From Deltaproteobacteria bacterium (GTDB taxonomy: Bacteria; SAR324; NAC60-12), in contig JAYOTF010000008.1 of NCBI GenBank assembly GCA_038150265.1, positions 1-64,000 on the forward strand: a stretch of 64,000 bases of DNA. Reading direction: 5' to 3'. Positions within the stretch are counted from its first letter, which is position 1. Every line of letters begins with the position of its first letter. Below, piece after piece: positions 48,641-57,365 of the stretch. Made by a program: the position numbers and the translations under genes. The notes beneath the pieces were generated by a model. The model searched no databases. It saw only the letters and a program-made list of their open reading frames with translations, and was not told where the DNA came from.

Positions 48641-49255
48641 TTATCGGATGACCGGAAGCGGTTTCATTTCCGGGCAGTCGCTCATGCAGGCGACATTCTG
48701 GGTGTCCGGGCGGTTATCCGGGATGAAGTTGTCCCGATTGGGCATTTCCATGGAAATGAGCTTTTCCCGGGTCAACTCCTCATCGTACTCCAGCAGGTAG
48801 TTCAGGTAGAGCACATACGCCGTAATGGCGTAGGTCTCTTCGGCGCTCAGGGACTGAGGCTCATAGAACGGCATGGCGCGTCGGATGTAGCTGAACAGCG
48901 TGGTGGCGTAAGGCCAGTAGCTGCCCACGGTCTTGGTCGGCTCGAGGGTGTTGAGGGTGTCCTCGGCTCCGGGAGCCGCAAGAACCGGCCAACGCCCCAC
49001 GGCTTCTCCAAACTCACCGTGGCACTGGGCGCACTTCATGATGTAGAGCGACTCGCCGGCTTCCGGGGTGGTCACCCCTTCCGGAAGTTCGTCTCCGACC
49101 TCATTGATGCTGATGTCCCAGCCGGACAGCTCTTGTGGAGAGATGGCTGTCCCGAACCCATAAACCAGACCGTCTCCAGCGGAGGCGGTGCTCGCCATTC
49201 CCAAGCATGCCCCGGCGAGGAGGGACTTTTTGAAACAATCAGCCCATCTGAACAT
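48641..49255 (-). CDS. soxD: Sulfane dehydrogenase cytochrome subunit SoxD (monoheme)
   Basis: CAQCHG, KTVGSYWPYATTLFSYIRRAMP and MPNRDNF. It overlaps the soxC end; start moved to ATG 49255. Confidence 0.9.
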   Translation of the reverse strand: MFRWADCFKKSLLAGACLGMASTASAGDGLVYGFGTAISPQELSGWDISINEVGDELPEGVTTPEAGESLYIMKCAQCHGEFGEAVGRWPVLAAPGAEDTLNTLEPTKTVGSYWPYATTLFSYIRRAMPFYEPQSLSAEETYAITAYVLYLNYLLEYDEELTREKLISMEMPNRDNFIPDNRPDTQNVACMSDCPEMKPLPVIR

Positions 49256-50645
49256 TGTACAGGTCTCCTTTTCCGTCGAGTTTCCAGGTGTAGATCGCGT
49301 TTTTATGATAGATGGAGTTGACCCCACGGGCGTCCCGGAGCTGGGCAAGGGTCGGCTGGACGAATCCGGTGCTGTCCATGGCTCGGCTTTGCAGCATCAT
49401 TTCCTGCCCGGGCTTCCAGTCGAAGGGCATCCGGAAGCGGGTGAGGCACTTCGAAAGCACCGGCTCCTGCAGGGTGGCTTCGGTCCAGTTGCGTCCGCCA
49501 TCCAGGGAGATGTCCACACGCTTGATGAAGCCACGTCCCGTCCAGGCGAGTCCGGAAAGCTCGTAGCGTCCGGGGCGGTCGAGGTGCTGACCGACGGAGG
49601 GGAAGGTGATCACGGAGTTGGTGTCTTGCACCCAGGTGAACTCGCGGGCCTGGCCTTCTCCCAGCAGGTCGGTGTACTTGGAGGTCTCCTCTCGGGTCCG
49701 CCACGGGTGAATGCCGAGCTTGAGGCGCCGGATCCACTTGATGTTCATGTTCCCCTCAAAGCCGGGGACGAGCAGGCGAATGGGGTACCCCTGTTCCGGA
49801 CGGAGCGCCTCGCCGTTTTGGGCATAGACGATCATGGCGTCATCCAGCAGCTTCCAGAGCGGGATGCTGCGGTCCATGGCTCCAGCGTCCGCTCCTTCTG
49901 CAAGGCACCAGGCGCCGTTGGCAGCATCGAGCCCCTCAGCGGCCAACTCCGGCGCTGTCTTGGACTGGGCGTAGAGGGCCCGTTTGACGAATTCCGGATT
50001 GATGCCGACTTCTTCCAGCAGCGTTGACACCTTGACACCGGTCCACTCGCAGCAGCTGATCATGCCGTGGGTGAACTGAACGGAGTCCATCTGCACCCCC
50101 TTCCACTCCATGCCGCTGTTGGCGGGGCATTCAATGAAGCGGATGTGGCTTTCGCTCGGGAAGCGCTTGAGGTCGTCCATGGTGAAGGACAGCGGACGCT
50201 CCAGCAGCGGGGTGCCGTCGGCATCGGTGCCGCCATGGATCACCAGCCGGTGCTCATCGGGGTGAATGGTGGGCATGCCTCCGTGGTGCCGCTCGAAGTG
50301 AAGGCCATTGGGGGTGATGATGCCCTGGAGGTGCTGCAGCGGGGTGAAGCTGATGGAGGAGTTCGGAGACGCGGTCAGCCAGCTGACGTTGCCCCGCTGG
50401 ACGTGAGCCTCAAACTCGGAGGGCGAGCCATAACCACGGGAGGTCACCCCCGGACCCAGGTGCTGGGACCATTCCGGAATGTTGGGCGGAAGGTTGCGGG
50501 TCTGGGCTTCTGCCATCACCGAGGATGCCCCAGCGGCAAGGGCTCCTCCGGTGGCCAGGGCCTGTTTGAAGAACTTGCGCCGGTTGAGCATCTCGGCGTA
50601 CTCCTGATTGATCTGCTGTTCCTCTTCCGGACGGATCTCCTTCAT
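49239..50645 (-). CDS. soxC: Sulfane dehydrogenase molybdoprotein SoxC
   Basis: Tat motif NRRKFF, ITPNGLHFERHH, Mo-ligand FIECPAN and LRPEQGYPIRL. Confidence 0.95.
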   Translation of the reverse strand: MKEIRPEEEQQINQEYAEMLNRRKFFKQALATGGALAAGASSVMAEAQTRNLPPNIPEWSQHLGPGVTSRGYGSPSEFEAHVQRGNVSWLTASPNSSISFTPLQHLQGIITPNGLHFERHHGGMPTIHPDEHRLVIHGGTDADGTPLLERPLSFTMDDLKRFPSESHIRFIECPANSGMEWKGVQMDSVQFTHGMISCCEWTGVKVSTLLEEVGINPEFVKRALYAQSKTAPELAAEGLDAANGAWCLAEGADAGAMDRSIPLWKLLDDAMIVYAQNGEALRPEQGYPIRLLVPGFEGNMNIKWIRRLKLGIHPWRTREETSKYTDLLGEGQAREFTWVQDTNSVITFPSVGQHLDRPGRYELSGLAWTGRGFIKRVDISLDGGRNWTEATLQEPVLSKCLTRFRMPFDWKPGQEMMLQSRAMDSTGFVQPTLAQLRDARGVNSIYHKNAIYTWKLDGKGDLYNVQMG

Positions 50646-50703
50646 GAGCTCTCCTAAGGTTGAGTGGGGCGGGAGGGCTTCCCGCCAGTTGCATTAAGGC
50701 GAA

Positions 50704-52413
50704 TCAAAGCTGGGCGAGGCCCGGATTGTTGGGGACTCCCTTGATGGTGGGGACGTTGGTCTGGAGGTTGGTGATGACCTTCTTGGCTCGCAGGTTCCGG
50801 GCCACAAGGTCCCACACGGGTTCGCCCTCCAGGGGCTGAGCGACACTGGCCCAGCCGCCCACCGGGTAGTCCCTGGACGGGTCAATGGGCTTGCCGTCCA
50901 GTTCCATGGCATCAATGCGTTGCCCCATTGGAGCCGTCGGGTTGATGCTGTACTGCAGGCCACCGACCCGGACCATGTCTCCTCCCTGCTGGTAGTAGGG
51001 GTCCTCATTGAAGAGGTTGTCGGCGACGTCCTCGAGAATGACCTTGAGCTGCGCTCCGGAGATGAGGTTCCGCGTCACCGTCGGATACGTCATGGAGGTT
51101 TGGGTCATGAGGTGATCAAACGTGATGGGCTGTCCGGGAAGCACACTCACTCCCCAGCGGAACCCTGGAGAGAAGGAGATCGGCGCATCAAGTTCCTCCA
51201 TCAGGGCATCACAGATGAGCTGGTCGAAGGTGCCGTTGAAGTTCCCTCGGCGGTAGAGGAGGGCTTCGGTGACAGCAAGCTCCTCGTTGAGCTTGTCGAG
51301 GTAGGGAGCCCGGACTTCGTCAATGAAGGTCTGCATGCCGGCATCCGCTGGAAGCAGGTCGGAGAAAACGGGAAGGAGCTTGTACTGGTACCCGCGGACC
51401 TGACCGTCTCGGACATCCAGGTCGAGGACGGAGAGGTACTTGCTGTTGGATCCGGAGTTGATGACGAGGGTCTTGCCTCCGGCGTTCTCCACTTCAATGG
51501 CACGGGGAACGGCGTCGTGGGTGTGTCCGCCCATGATCGCATCGACACCGGAAACGCGGCTGGCCATCTTGAGGTCCACATCCATGCCGTTGTGGGAGAG
51601 GACGATGACCACCTCAGCCCCTTCGTCCCGAGCCTGATCGACCATCTCCTGCATGCGGTCGTCGCGGATCCCAAAGGACCACTCCGGAACCATGTACCGG
51701 GGGTTCGCAATGGGGGTGTAGGGGAAGGCCTGCCCCACAATGGCCACCGCAGTGCCGTTGATCTCCCGGATCACATAGGGGCTGAAGACCGGGTCTTCAA
51801 AAGCGGTGTCGACCACGTTTTGGGCCACAAAGTCAATGCCCGCTTCGGCAAAGTCGTTCTCAATGACCTCGGTCACACGCTCGGCGCCAAAGGTGAACTC
51901 CCAGTGCCCGGTCATGACATTGACGCCCAGGCGCTTCTGGGCATCAACCATGTCCTGGGCATTGGTCCACAACGAGGTGGCTGAGCCCTGCCACGTGTCT
52001 CCGCCGTCGAGCAGGAGTGCTCCCGGACGGTCGGCCCGGACGCGATCAACGAGGGTCTTGAGGTGGGCAAAGCCTCCCACCTTTCCAAACTGTTCAGCGG
52101 CCCGGGCAAAGTCGAGGTAGGTAAAGGCGTGGGCCTCAAGGGAGCCCTTGGGGATGCCGTAGTGCTTGAGGAAGTGCTCGCCCACCAGGTGCGGAGGGTT
52201 GCCCTGCATGCCGGCAACACCGAGGTTGATGTTGGGCTCTCGGAAGTAAATGGGCAGCAGCTGCGCATGGCAGTCGGTGTAGTGGAGGAGGGAGACGTTG
52301 CCGAATGGCTTGACGTCATAGGGGCTTTCTTGAGCCTGAAGCCTCCAGGGAGTGATCCCGGCAACGGCTGCAGCGCTCAGGAGGCCCATGAACTCCCTTC
52401 GCGACAAATGCAT
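50704..52413 (-). CDS. soxB: Thiosulfohydrolase SoxB
   Basis: Tat motif SRREF, TDCHAQL, DGGDTWQG, HWEFT, LSHNG and GGHTHD. Confidence 0.97.
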   Translation of the reverse strand: MHLSRREFMGLLSAAAVAGITPWRLQAQESPYDVKPFGNVSLLHYTDCHAQLLPIYFREPNINLGVAGMQGNPPHLVGEHFLKHYGIPKGSLEAHAFTYLDFARAAEQFGKVGGFAHLKTLVDRVRADRPGALLLDGGDTWQGSATSLWTNAQDMVDAQKRLGVNVMTGHWEFTFGAERVTEVIENDFAEAGIDFVAQNVVDTAFEDPVFSPYVIREINGTAVAIVGQAFPYTPIANPRYMVPEWSFGIRDDRMQEMVDQARDEGAEVVIVLSHNGMDVDLKMASRVSGVDAIMGGHTHDAVPRAIEVENAGGKTLVINSGSNSKYLSVLDLDVRDGQVRGYQYKLLPVFSDLLPADAGMQTFIDEVRAPYLDKLNEELAVTEALLYRRGNFNGTFDQLICDALMEELDAPISFSPGFRWGVSVLPGQPITFDHLMTQTSMTYPTVTRNLISGAQLKVILEDVADNLFNEDPYYQQGGDMVRVGGLQYSINPTAPMGQRIDAMELDGKPIDPSRDYPVGGWASVAQPLEGEPVWDLVARNLRAKKVITNLQTNVPTIKGVPNNPGLAQL

Positions 52414-52487
52414 AGACGAAAAACAGTATGGAAGTTGAAAAGTGACGAGGCGAGGCCCTTTGCCGGAGCAAGGGGCCTCCGGAGGGA

Positions 52488-52790
52488 TCAGAAGCGGGGG
52501 CCCGCGTCTTTCTGGCTCATGGCTTGAGCGTATCCCAGCTCTCCCCAGTCCCGAACCATGATCACCAGCTTGCAGGCTTCTTCATAGTTGCCTGCCTTGG
52601 CTGCGGCTTCCGCATCCTTCATGGGGTTGGGCAGGGTGGCCATCCACCATTCGCCTCCCACCGAGGCGGCCTTCTTGCGAGACGCCTCTGCTTCCGCGTG
52701 GTACTGCTTGTAGGTGTCCTGGTTGCACTGAGCCAGGGCGACTCCTGAGGTCAGGAGGGCGGCTCCAAGCAATAGGGTGAGTTTTTTCAT
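52488..52790 (-). CDS. soxK: SoxAX-binding protein SoxK
   Basis: 100-aa exported Ala-rich helical protein between soxA and soxB, with KAASVGGEW and C-terminal QKDAGPRF. Confidence 0.75.
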   Translation of the reverse strand: MKKLTLLLGAALLTSGVALAQCNQDTYKQYHAEAEASRKKAASVGGEWWMATLPNPMKDAEAAAKAGNYEEACKLVIMVRDWGELGYAQAMSQKDAGPRF

Positions 52791-52800
52791 CAGAACCTCC

Positions 52801-53658
52801 TTATTTACGGGCGCCCGGCGAGTTGATCGCCAAGCCGTTACTCATGTAAGCAAGGAAGTACTCCAGGTTCCGGTACTCTGGGCCTTGCGCTTTGAAGGAT
52901 TTGGCTCGGACCTGCTCGTTGCAGCCTCCGAAGCGGCGGTGCAGGGTTCCCATGGCGCCCCACTTGGAGCGGTACACCGGAAAGTGCGTGGTGTGGCCAA
53001 GGGACGGGCTGAGGGTTTCCGAGCGGACCCGCATGCCGGAGTTGTACACATGGCAGTCGGCACAGGACATGTTGAGCTGTCCGCGCTTGGCGTAGTAGTG
53101 GTGCTTCCCGGCCTCATAGGCGGCCAGGGCTCCAGAGGTGCTGGGCGCTTCCAGGTTCTGCACCTTGCCGCGGGACATGAATCCGACGTAGGCGCTCAGC
53201 GAGGCGATCTTGCCCTTCTTCCACCCGAACGGCTTCTCTCCGTTGGCTTCCCGGCACTCGTTCAGAGCGAGCTCGAGGGTGACGACCATTTGGCGCTCCT
53301 CGTTCCAATGCGGGTAGTGCTGCTTGATGCCGTCTTCCAGCTGGTAGGGGAAGCAGTCCTGGTACGTCTTGCCATTGGCAAAGGGCGTGTTCCACAGCTC
53401 CTCCCCCTCACCAAGGGCGAGTTCATACGGAGGGAACTCCTCAATGGTCAGCCACTCCTCACGACCTGCTGCATTGACCGGCAGGGCGTAGGCGCCATCG
53501 ACGTAGTCTTCCATCGCAATTTCCGGGAACCGCTGCTGGAAGTACTGGACAAAGTGCTGGCGGTCTTCCTCTGGGTTGGCTTCGGCCCAGACGCTTGAGA
53601 CCACTCCTCCGCTCACCAGAAGGAGGCTGAGGGCACTGATCATAAATTTCTTCATCAT
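52801..53658 (-). CDS. soxA: SoxA cytochrome c (monoheme, type III)
   Basis: Single CADCH. The first heme site is replaced by lone Cys residues (YQDCF, NECRE). Active-site HRRFGGCNEQVR. Confidence 0.93.
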   Translation of the reverse strand: MMKKFMISALSLLLVSGGVVSSVWAEANPEEDRQHFVQYFQQRFPEIAMEDYVDGAYALPVNAAGREEWLTIEEFPPYELALGEGEELWNTPFANGKTYQDCFPYQLEDGIKQHYPHWNEERQMVVTLELALNECREANGEKPFGWKKGKIASLSAYVGFMSRGKVQNLEAPSTSGALAAYEAGKHHYYAKRGQLNMSCADCHVYNSGMRVRSETLSPSLGHTTHFPVYRSKWGAMGTLHRRFGGCNEQVRAKSFKAQGPEYRNLEYFLAYMSNGLAINSPGARK

Positions 53659-53704
53659 TATCTCCTAACGGGATGAGGAGGGTGCCGCCTCATCCGGGTT
53701 AACG

Positions 53705-54013
53705 TTAGCGAACGCTGGTTTTACCGGTGAAGGTCTCTCCCTTGTTGTCAACACAGGTCAGCTCAACCTTGTCTCCCTTCTGGCCCGTGTACTGGAAGGC
53801 GAGGTAGGGATTCTTGGAAACGGCCACGCTCCACTGGGCATTGAGCATGGTGGTGCCGTTGACCTTGGCTTCCACGGTCTGAATGAAGTACTCGGGGATG
53901 AGGTTCCCGTTCTTGTCCTTGGCCTGCCCGGTGTCCATGGGGTGCTGAACGAGGGCTTTGACCTCCACCACGTTTCCGGTTGCCTTTGCGCGCATGCGAA
54001 CACTGTTTGCCAT
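53705..54013 (-). CDS. soxZ: Sulfur carrier SoxZ
   Basis: HPMDTG, VSKNPY and DNKG. Confidence 0.95.
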   Translation of the reverse strand: MANSVRMRAKATGNVVEVKALVQHPMDTGQAKDKNGNLIPEYFIQTVEAKVNGTTMLNAQWSVAVSKNPYLAFQYTGQKGDKVELTCVDNKGETFTGKTSVR

Positions 54014-54059
54014 AATGGTCTCCTGGAGTGCCTAAAGTGAGGGGGAATGTTGTCCGAAA

Positions 54060-54524
54060 TTAACCGCCGCAGCCACCAATGGTGACCTTCACTTCCTTGG
54101 TCGCCTGGTACAGCTTGCCATCGGCCTTGACCACTGCGTGAACGTTGGAAGTCTTTCCCATCTTCAAGCGTGTGGAGGCGTAACCCCGCATGCCTGCGCC
54201 AAAGTTGAACTCGGCAGCCAGCGGAGACGGGTTGGCTTCCACCAAAATGGAGATGGACTCAATGTTCGGCAGCTCACTCTCCACCGTCACCGGGACCACA
54301 GCGCCGTTTTCGGCGATGTCCGGAGCCTTGAGGATGATGTTGTCGGATTCTTCCATGCTGCTGGAGCCATACAGCTCGCTGATCGCATCGGTGTACTGCT
54401 TGGACTTGAAGGCCTTCTGGTTCCAGGCGGCAAGCAGCTGCTTCGGCAGGGCCAGGCCGGCGACTGCCAGAGAAGCCAGGGTGCCCGTCCGAAATACGTT
54501 GTGCAAGAATGATCTTCGGTTCAT
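54060..54524 (-). CDS. soxY: Sulfur carrier SoxY
   Basis: Tat motif NRRSFL, APDIAENGAVVPV and C-terminal VKVTIGGCGG. Confidence 0.97.
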   Translation of the reverse strand: MNRRSFLHNVFRTGTLASLAVAGLALPKQLLAAWNQKAFKSKQYTDAISELYGSSSMEESDNIILKAPDIAENGAVVPVTVESELPNIESISILVEANPSPLAAEFNFGAGMRGYASTRLKMGKTSNVHAVVKADGKLYQATKEVKVTIGGCGG

Positions 54525-54563
54525 GAGATCTCTCCTCGTGTGCGTTGATGGTGAAAGGTGGGA

Positions 54564-54905
54564 TTAGAGCGAATAGATGTAGTCTGCAACCAGATCCACT
54601 TCTTCTTCCGTCAGGATCTTATGCTTCCCAAAGGGAGGCATGAAGGTGTTGGGGTTGTTCACCGTTGGGTCCCAGATCTGGGAACGGAGGGCGGCCTTGG
54701 AAGGAAAGCGGCTCTTCATCATCATCAAAGGCGGAGCCGTGTTTCCCGGCAGGTCTCCGTCGTCCATCATGTGACAGGCCAAGCAATTGCCCTTGGTACG
54801 GTCCCAGGCAATCGCCTTCCCTTGGGCAATGCGCTCAGCATCGCTTGCTCCCCAGGCGGCGCCTGCCAGCAGCAGGGCGAATCCGGTGATTAGCGTTTTT
54901 CTCAT
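54564..54905 (-). CDS. soxX: SoxX cytochrome c
   Basis: Signal peptide, KGNCLACH and MPPFG. Start moved to ATG 54905 after GAGG. Confidence 0.93.
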   Translation of the reverse strand: MRKTLITGFALLLAGAAWGASDAERIAQGKAIAWDRTKGNCLACHMMDDGDLPGNTAPPLMMMKSRFPSKAALRSQIWDPTVNNPNTFMPPFGKHKILTEEEVDLVADYIYSL

Positions 54906-54970
54906 GATCCCCTCATGAATTTGGATTGGTACCGACTGACCTTGGGGTAACACACCAATCAGCTCGGTAG

Positions 54971-55009
54971 TATTTGAGTATTCAAATAAAAGAAATCGCT
55001 TGGCGATTT
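54971..55009. promoter_or_regulatory. Two adjacent inverted repeats upstream of soxX (candidate operators)
   Basis: TATTTGA-GTAT-TCAAATA (54971-54988) and AAATCGC-TTG-GCGATTT (54993-55009) in an AT-rich divergent intergenic region. Confidence 0.55.
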
Positions 55010-55206
55010 AGGGTAGAATCAAAGCACATCCCATGGGGAAGTGCAAGACCCTCCCTCCGTAAAGTTACGGACTCCTCCGCCTCCTTGCGCTTCGTGGCAT
55101 CCCCATCCCGAGATGCATCGTGCTACTTGAATGTTAGGGCCATTTGGGCAAGATTAAGACACGCCCCACACTCAGGCGCCTTTCGATTCATCAGCAGTGG
55201 AACTCA

Positions 55207-55668
55207 ATGTTTGGATTATTTGGTAGCAAGAAGCCCCTCAAGCCCAGCGGGCACGACGTGGAGCGGGCTGACTGGGAAACCTTTTTGGATCAGGTGTACG
55301 TCAAGACGATCCAGGGGAAAGCCGGGGGCATCGCGGTGATCTCGAATACCGTCCGGAACAACTCCAAGGATGTGGAAGGGCATGTGGCCGAAGAGTTGAC
55401 CTATCGGCTCAAGCGGAACATCGACCAGAAGCAGGGGCTGCAGGTCCGGAAGTTTGACTATGGCAAGTTCCAGCAGGTCTTCGAGGGCTTTTCCCGGAAT
55501 TCCGACCAGACGTTCTTCCGGACGCGGCAAGTTCTGCCAGCGGAGGTCCTGGTCTTTCCGCTGTTTCAAGGAGAGAAGCGGGCGCTGGTCATTCTGGAAG
55601 CCACGCTTCCGGAGCCCAACCTGAAGCGGGCCCTGGCCAACATTGAGTCTGAGATGCGCAAGGCCTGA
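55207..55668 (+). CDS. Hypothetical protein divergent from the sox operon
   Basis: ORF with host-like codons starting MFGLFGSKK (ATG 55207). Confidence 0.65.
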   Translation: MFGLFGSKKPLKPSGHDVERADWETFLDQVYVKTIQGKAGGIAVISNTVRNNSKDVEGHVAEELTYRLKRNIDQKQGLQVRKFDYGKFQQVFEGFSRNSDQTFFRTRQVLPAEVLVFPLFQGEKRALVILEATLPEPNLKRALANIESEMRKA

Positions 55669-55671
55669 CGC

Positions 55672-56238
55672 TCAGAAGAAGAGTCCGAATCCGATCAGGA
55701 CCTGTCGGGTCGCCGCAGTGATGACGGTGCCGATGGGGTTCGGGCTAGCCGAGGAACGGTAGCCTCGGTATTCCACCTCATCACCCCGCATGCCCACCAG
55801 CAGCTCTCCTCCCAGAAACGGGAGCCCCAGCAGCCCCAACGCCGTTTTTCCCTCAACGTTGCCCGTCGCATAAACCGCACCGTTTTGCCAGAGCATCGAC
55901 TCACCGGCGGTGATGGTCCCCACGCCAAGGGTGAGGCTCCAGCGTTCGCCAAGCGTGTAGGACACATCAAAGCTGTCAGCGCTCACCGAAACCGGATTTC
56001 CCGCGACGGAACCATCGGTTTGCATGTTGGAGATGCCAAAGCCGAATCCATTGCCAAAGAGCAGGGAAAACCCCTTCCCGCTGGACTGGGACGCGTCTTC
56101 CGGATCCTGCTGATCCAGCTGCAGGGTTCCGGTTTCACTCCGGGGCGCGACGAAGCGCAGACGCCACGGGGGACCAGCGGCCTCAAGGGTGGTGGTGAGG
56201 AGGAAAAAACCGAGAAAGAAGAGGCCAAAAAGTCGCAT
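55672..56238 (-). CDS. Putative small outer-membrane beta-barrel protein
   Basis: Signal peptide, Gly/aromatic-rich alternating strands and C-terminal VLIGFGLFF. Confidence 0.55.
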   Translation of the reverse strand: MRLFGLFFLGFFLLTTTLEAAGPPWRLRFVAPRSETGTLQLDQQDPEDASQSSGKGFSLLFGNGFGFGISNMQTDGSVAGNPVSVSADSFDVSYTLGERWSLTLGVGTITAGESMLWQNGAVYATGNVEGKTALGLLGLPFLGGELLVGMRGDEVEYRGYRSSASPNPIGTVITAATRQVLIGFGLFF

Positions 56239-56316
56239 GAAGAGTCGCCGAGTTGAAGGTCTTGCGTTGTTCGAGCAAGGCCATGCAAATTCAAGGCAAC
56301 AGCGACGCAGTTGGCA

Positions 56317-56535
56317 TCATCGGCAGGAAACGAGCACCTGGGCGTCTCCTTCCTGAAGGGAAAGCCCAAGCACGTTGAGGCGAGAACCACAGAGGAAGTC
56401 GGCACGCCGAAAGCAGTAGTGGGGCGTGTCCTGACACGAAATCAGGTACTTGGAGTCCGGAACCGTCCGGTACTGCAACGACGAGCCTGAAGAGCAGGCG
56501 GTCAGCAACACTGCACTCAGCCAGAGGTACTTCAT
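56317..56535 (-). CDS. Small Cys-rich lipoprotein
   Basis: Lipobox LTAC and four further Cys. The ATG overlaps the stop of the upstream gene. Confidence 0.6.
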   Translation of the reverse strand: MKYLWLSAVLLTACSSGSSLQYRTVPDSKYLISCQDTPHYCFRRADFLCGSRLNVLGLSLQEGDAQVLVSCR

Positions 56536-57362
56536 GGTTCCAGCTCCAGCCAGATGGGTTGATGATCAGAGGCCGTGGTATCGGTGTCTACCCACAGCCG
56601 CCGGACTTGCTTGCGGACGGGTCCGGAGGCGAAGAAGTAGTCTCGGCAGTGAGGACCGCCGGGCCACTGAGGGTCCGGATGCACGCCACAGGTGGCCGGG
56701 TGCGGCTGCTTCGGATCCAGCAGCCTCCAGGCGTCTTCCCACACCGGAGCCCCGTCTGTTGAGGTGAGGTGGGCGTAGGACTGGCTTTCGGGCGTGAAGT
56801 TGAAGTCTCCGCAGATGAGCGCTCCCGGAGGCACGGGTGGGCCCTCAAACGGCGTCCCGGGCTTCTGGGGGCCGGGCAGGGCCGCCTGGTCCTGGGCTTC
56901 CAGTTCATGCTCCCGGAGGGCTTCGACCTGAGCCAGCTGCTGGAACTCCGAGAAAAACTCCAGGTGTGTGGTCAGCAACCGGAAGCCTGCCTCAAGCGAA
57001 AGCTCAATGGCCTGCCGGGGCATGGACAAAAACTTGGGGTCTGCCGGTTGCGGAAGCCGGTGATGCAGCACCTGGGTCCACGGTAGCCGGGAGAGGATCA
57101 GGTTTCCGAAGCCAAAGCGCTCGCTCAGTCGGGCTCCCGGACGCTCCAAAGCCGGGCCCCAGAAGGCCTCGTAGCCTGGAAACGCCTGCTGAATGTCGCG
57201 GAGCTGATCGGCGCCTCCCAGGTGCGGATCATGACGCGAGACCTCCTGAAAACAGATCAGGTCCGGGTCTCCGGCCTTCACCACTGCACAGGCTCGGGAC
57301 AAATGGACCTGCCCGTCGATTCCCTTCCCATACTGAATGTTCCAGCTGACGATCCGGACCAT
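56532..57362 (-). CDS. Endonuclease/exonuclease/phosphatase (EEP) family protein
   Basis: VSWNI, CFQEV, GNLILSR, THL, CGDFN and SDHQP. Confidence 0.9.
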   Translation of the reverse strand: MVRIVSWNIQYGKGIDGQVHLSRACAVVKAGDPDLICFQEVSRHDPHLGGADQLRDIQQAFPGYEAFWGPALERPGARLSERFGFGNLILSRLPWTQVLHHRLPQPADPKFLSMPRQAIELSLEAGFRLLTTHLEFFSEFQQLAQVEALREHELEAQDQAALPGPQKPGTPFEGPPVPPGALICGDFNFTPESQSYAHLTSTDGAPVWEDAWRLLDPKQPHPATCGVHPDPQWPGGPHCRDYFFASGPVRKQVRRLWVDTDTTASDHQPIWLELEP

Positions 57363-57365
57363 GGC

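Noticed and set aside
45741..54905. sox cluster as a recently acquired genomic island
   Set aside because: There is no integrase, tRNA or flanking repeat. Composition looks like the rest of the window and the TCCGGA signature is present in the sox genes, so any transfer would be old.
54974..54985. TTGA-GTAT-TCAA as an FNR/CRP box
   Set aside because: The spacing is TTGA-N4-TCAA, whereas FNR requires TTGAT-N4-ATCAA, which is two bases longer.
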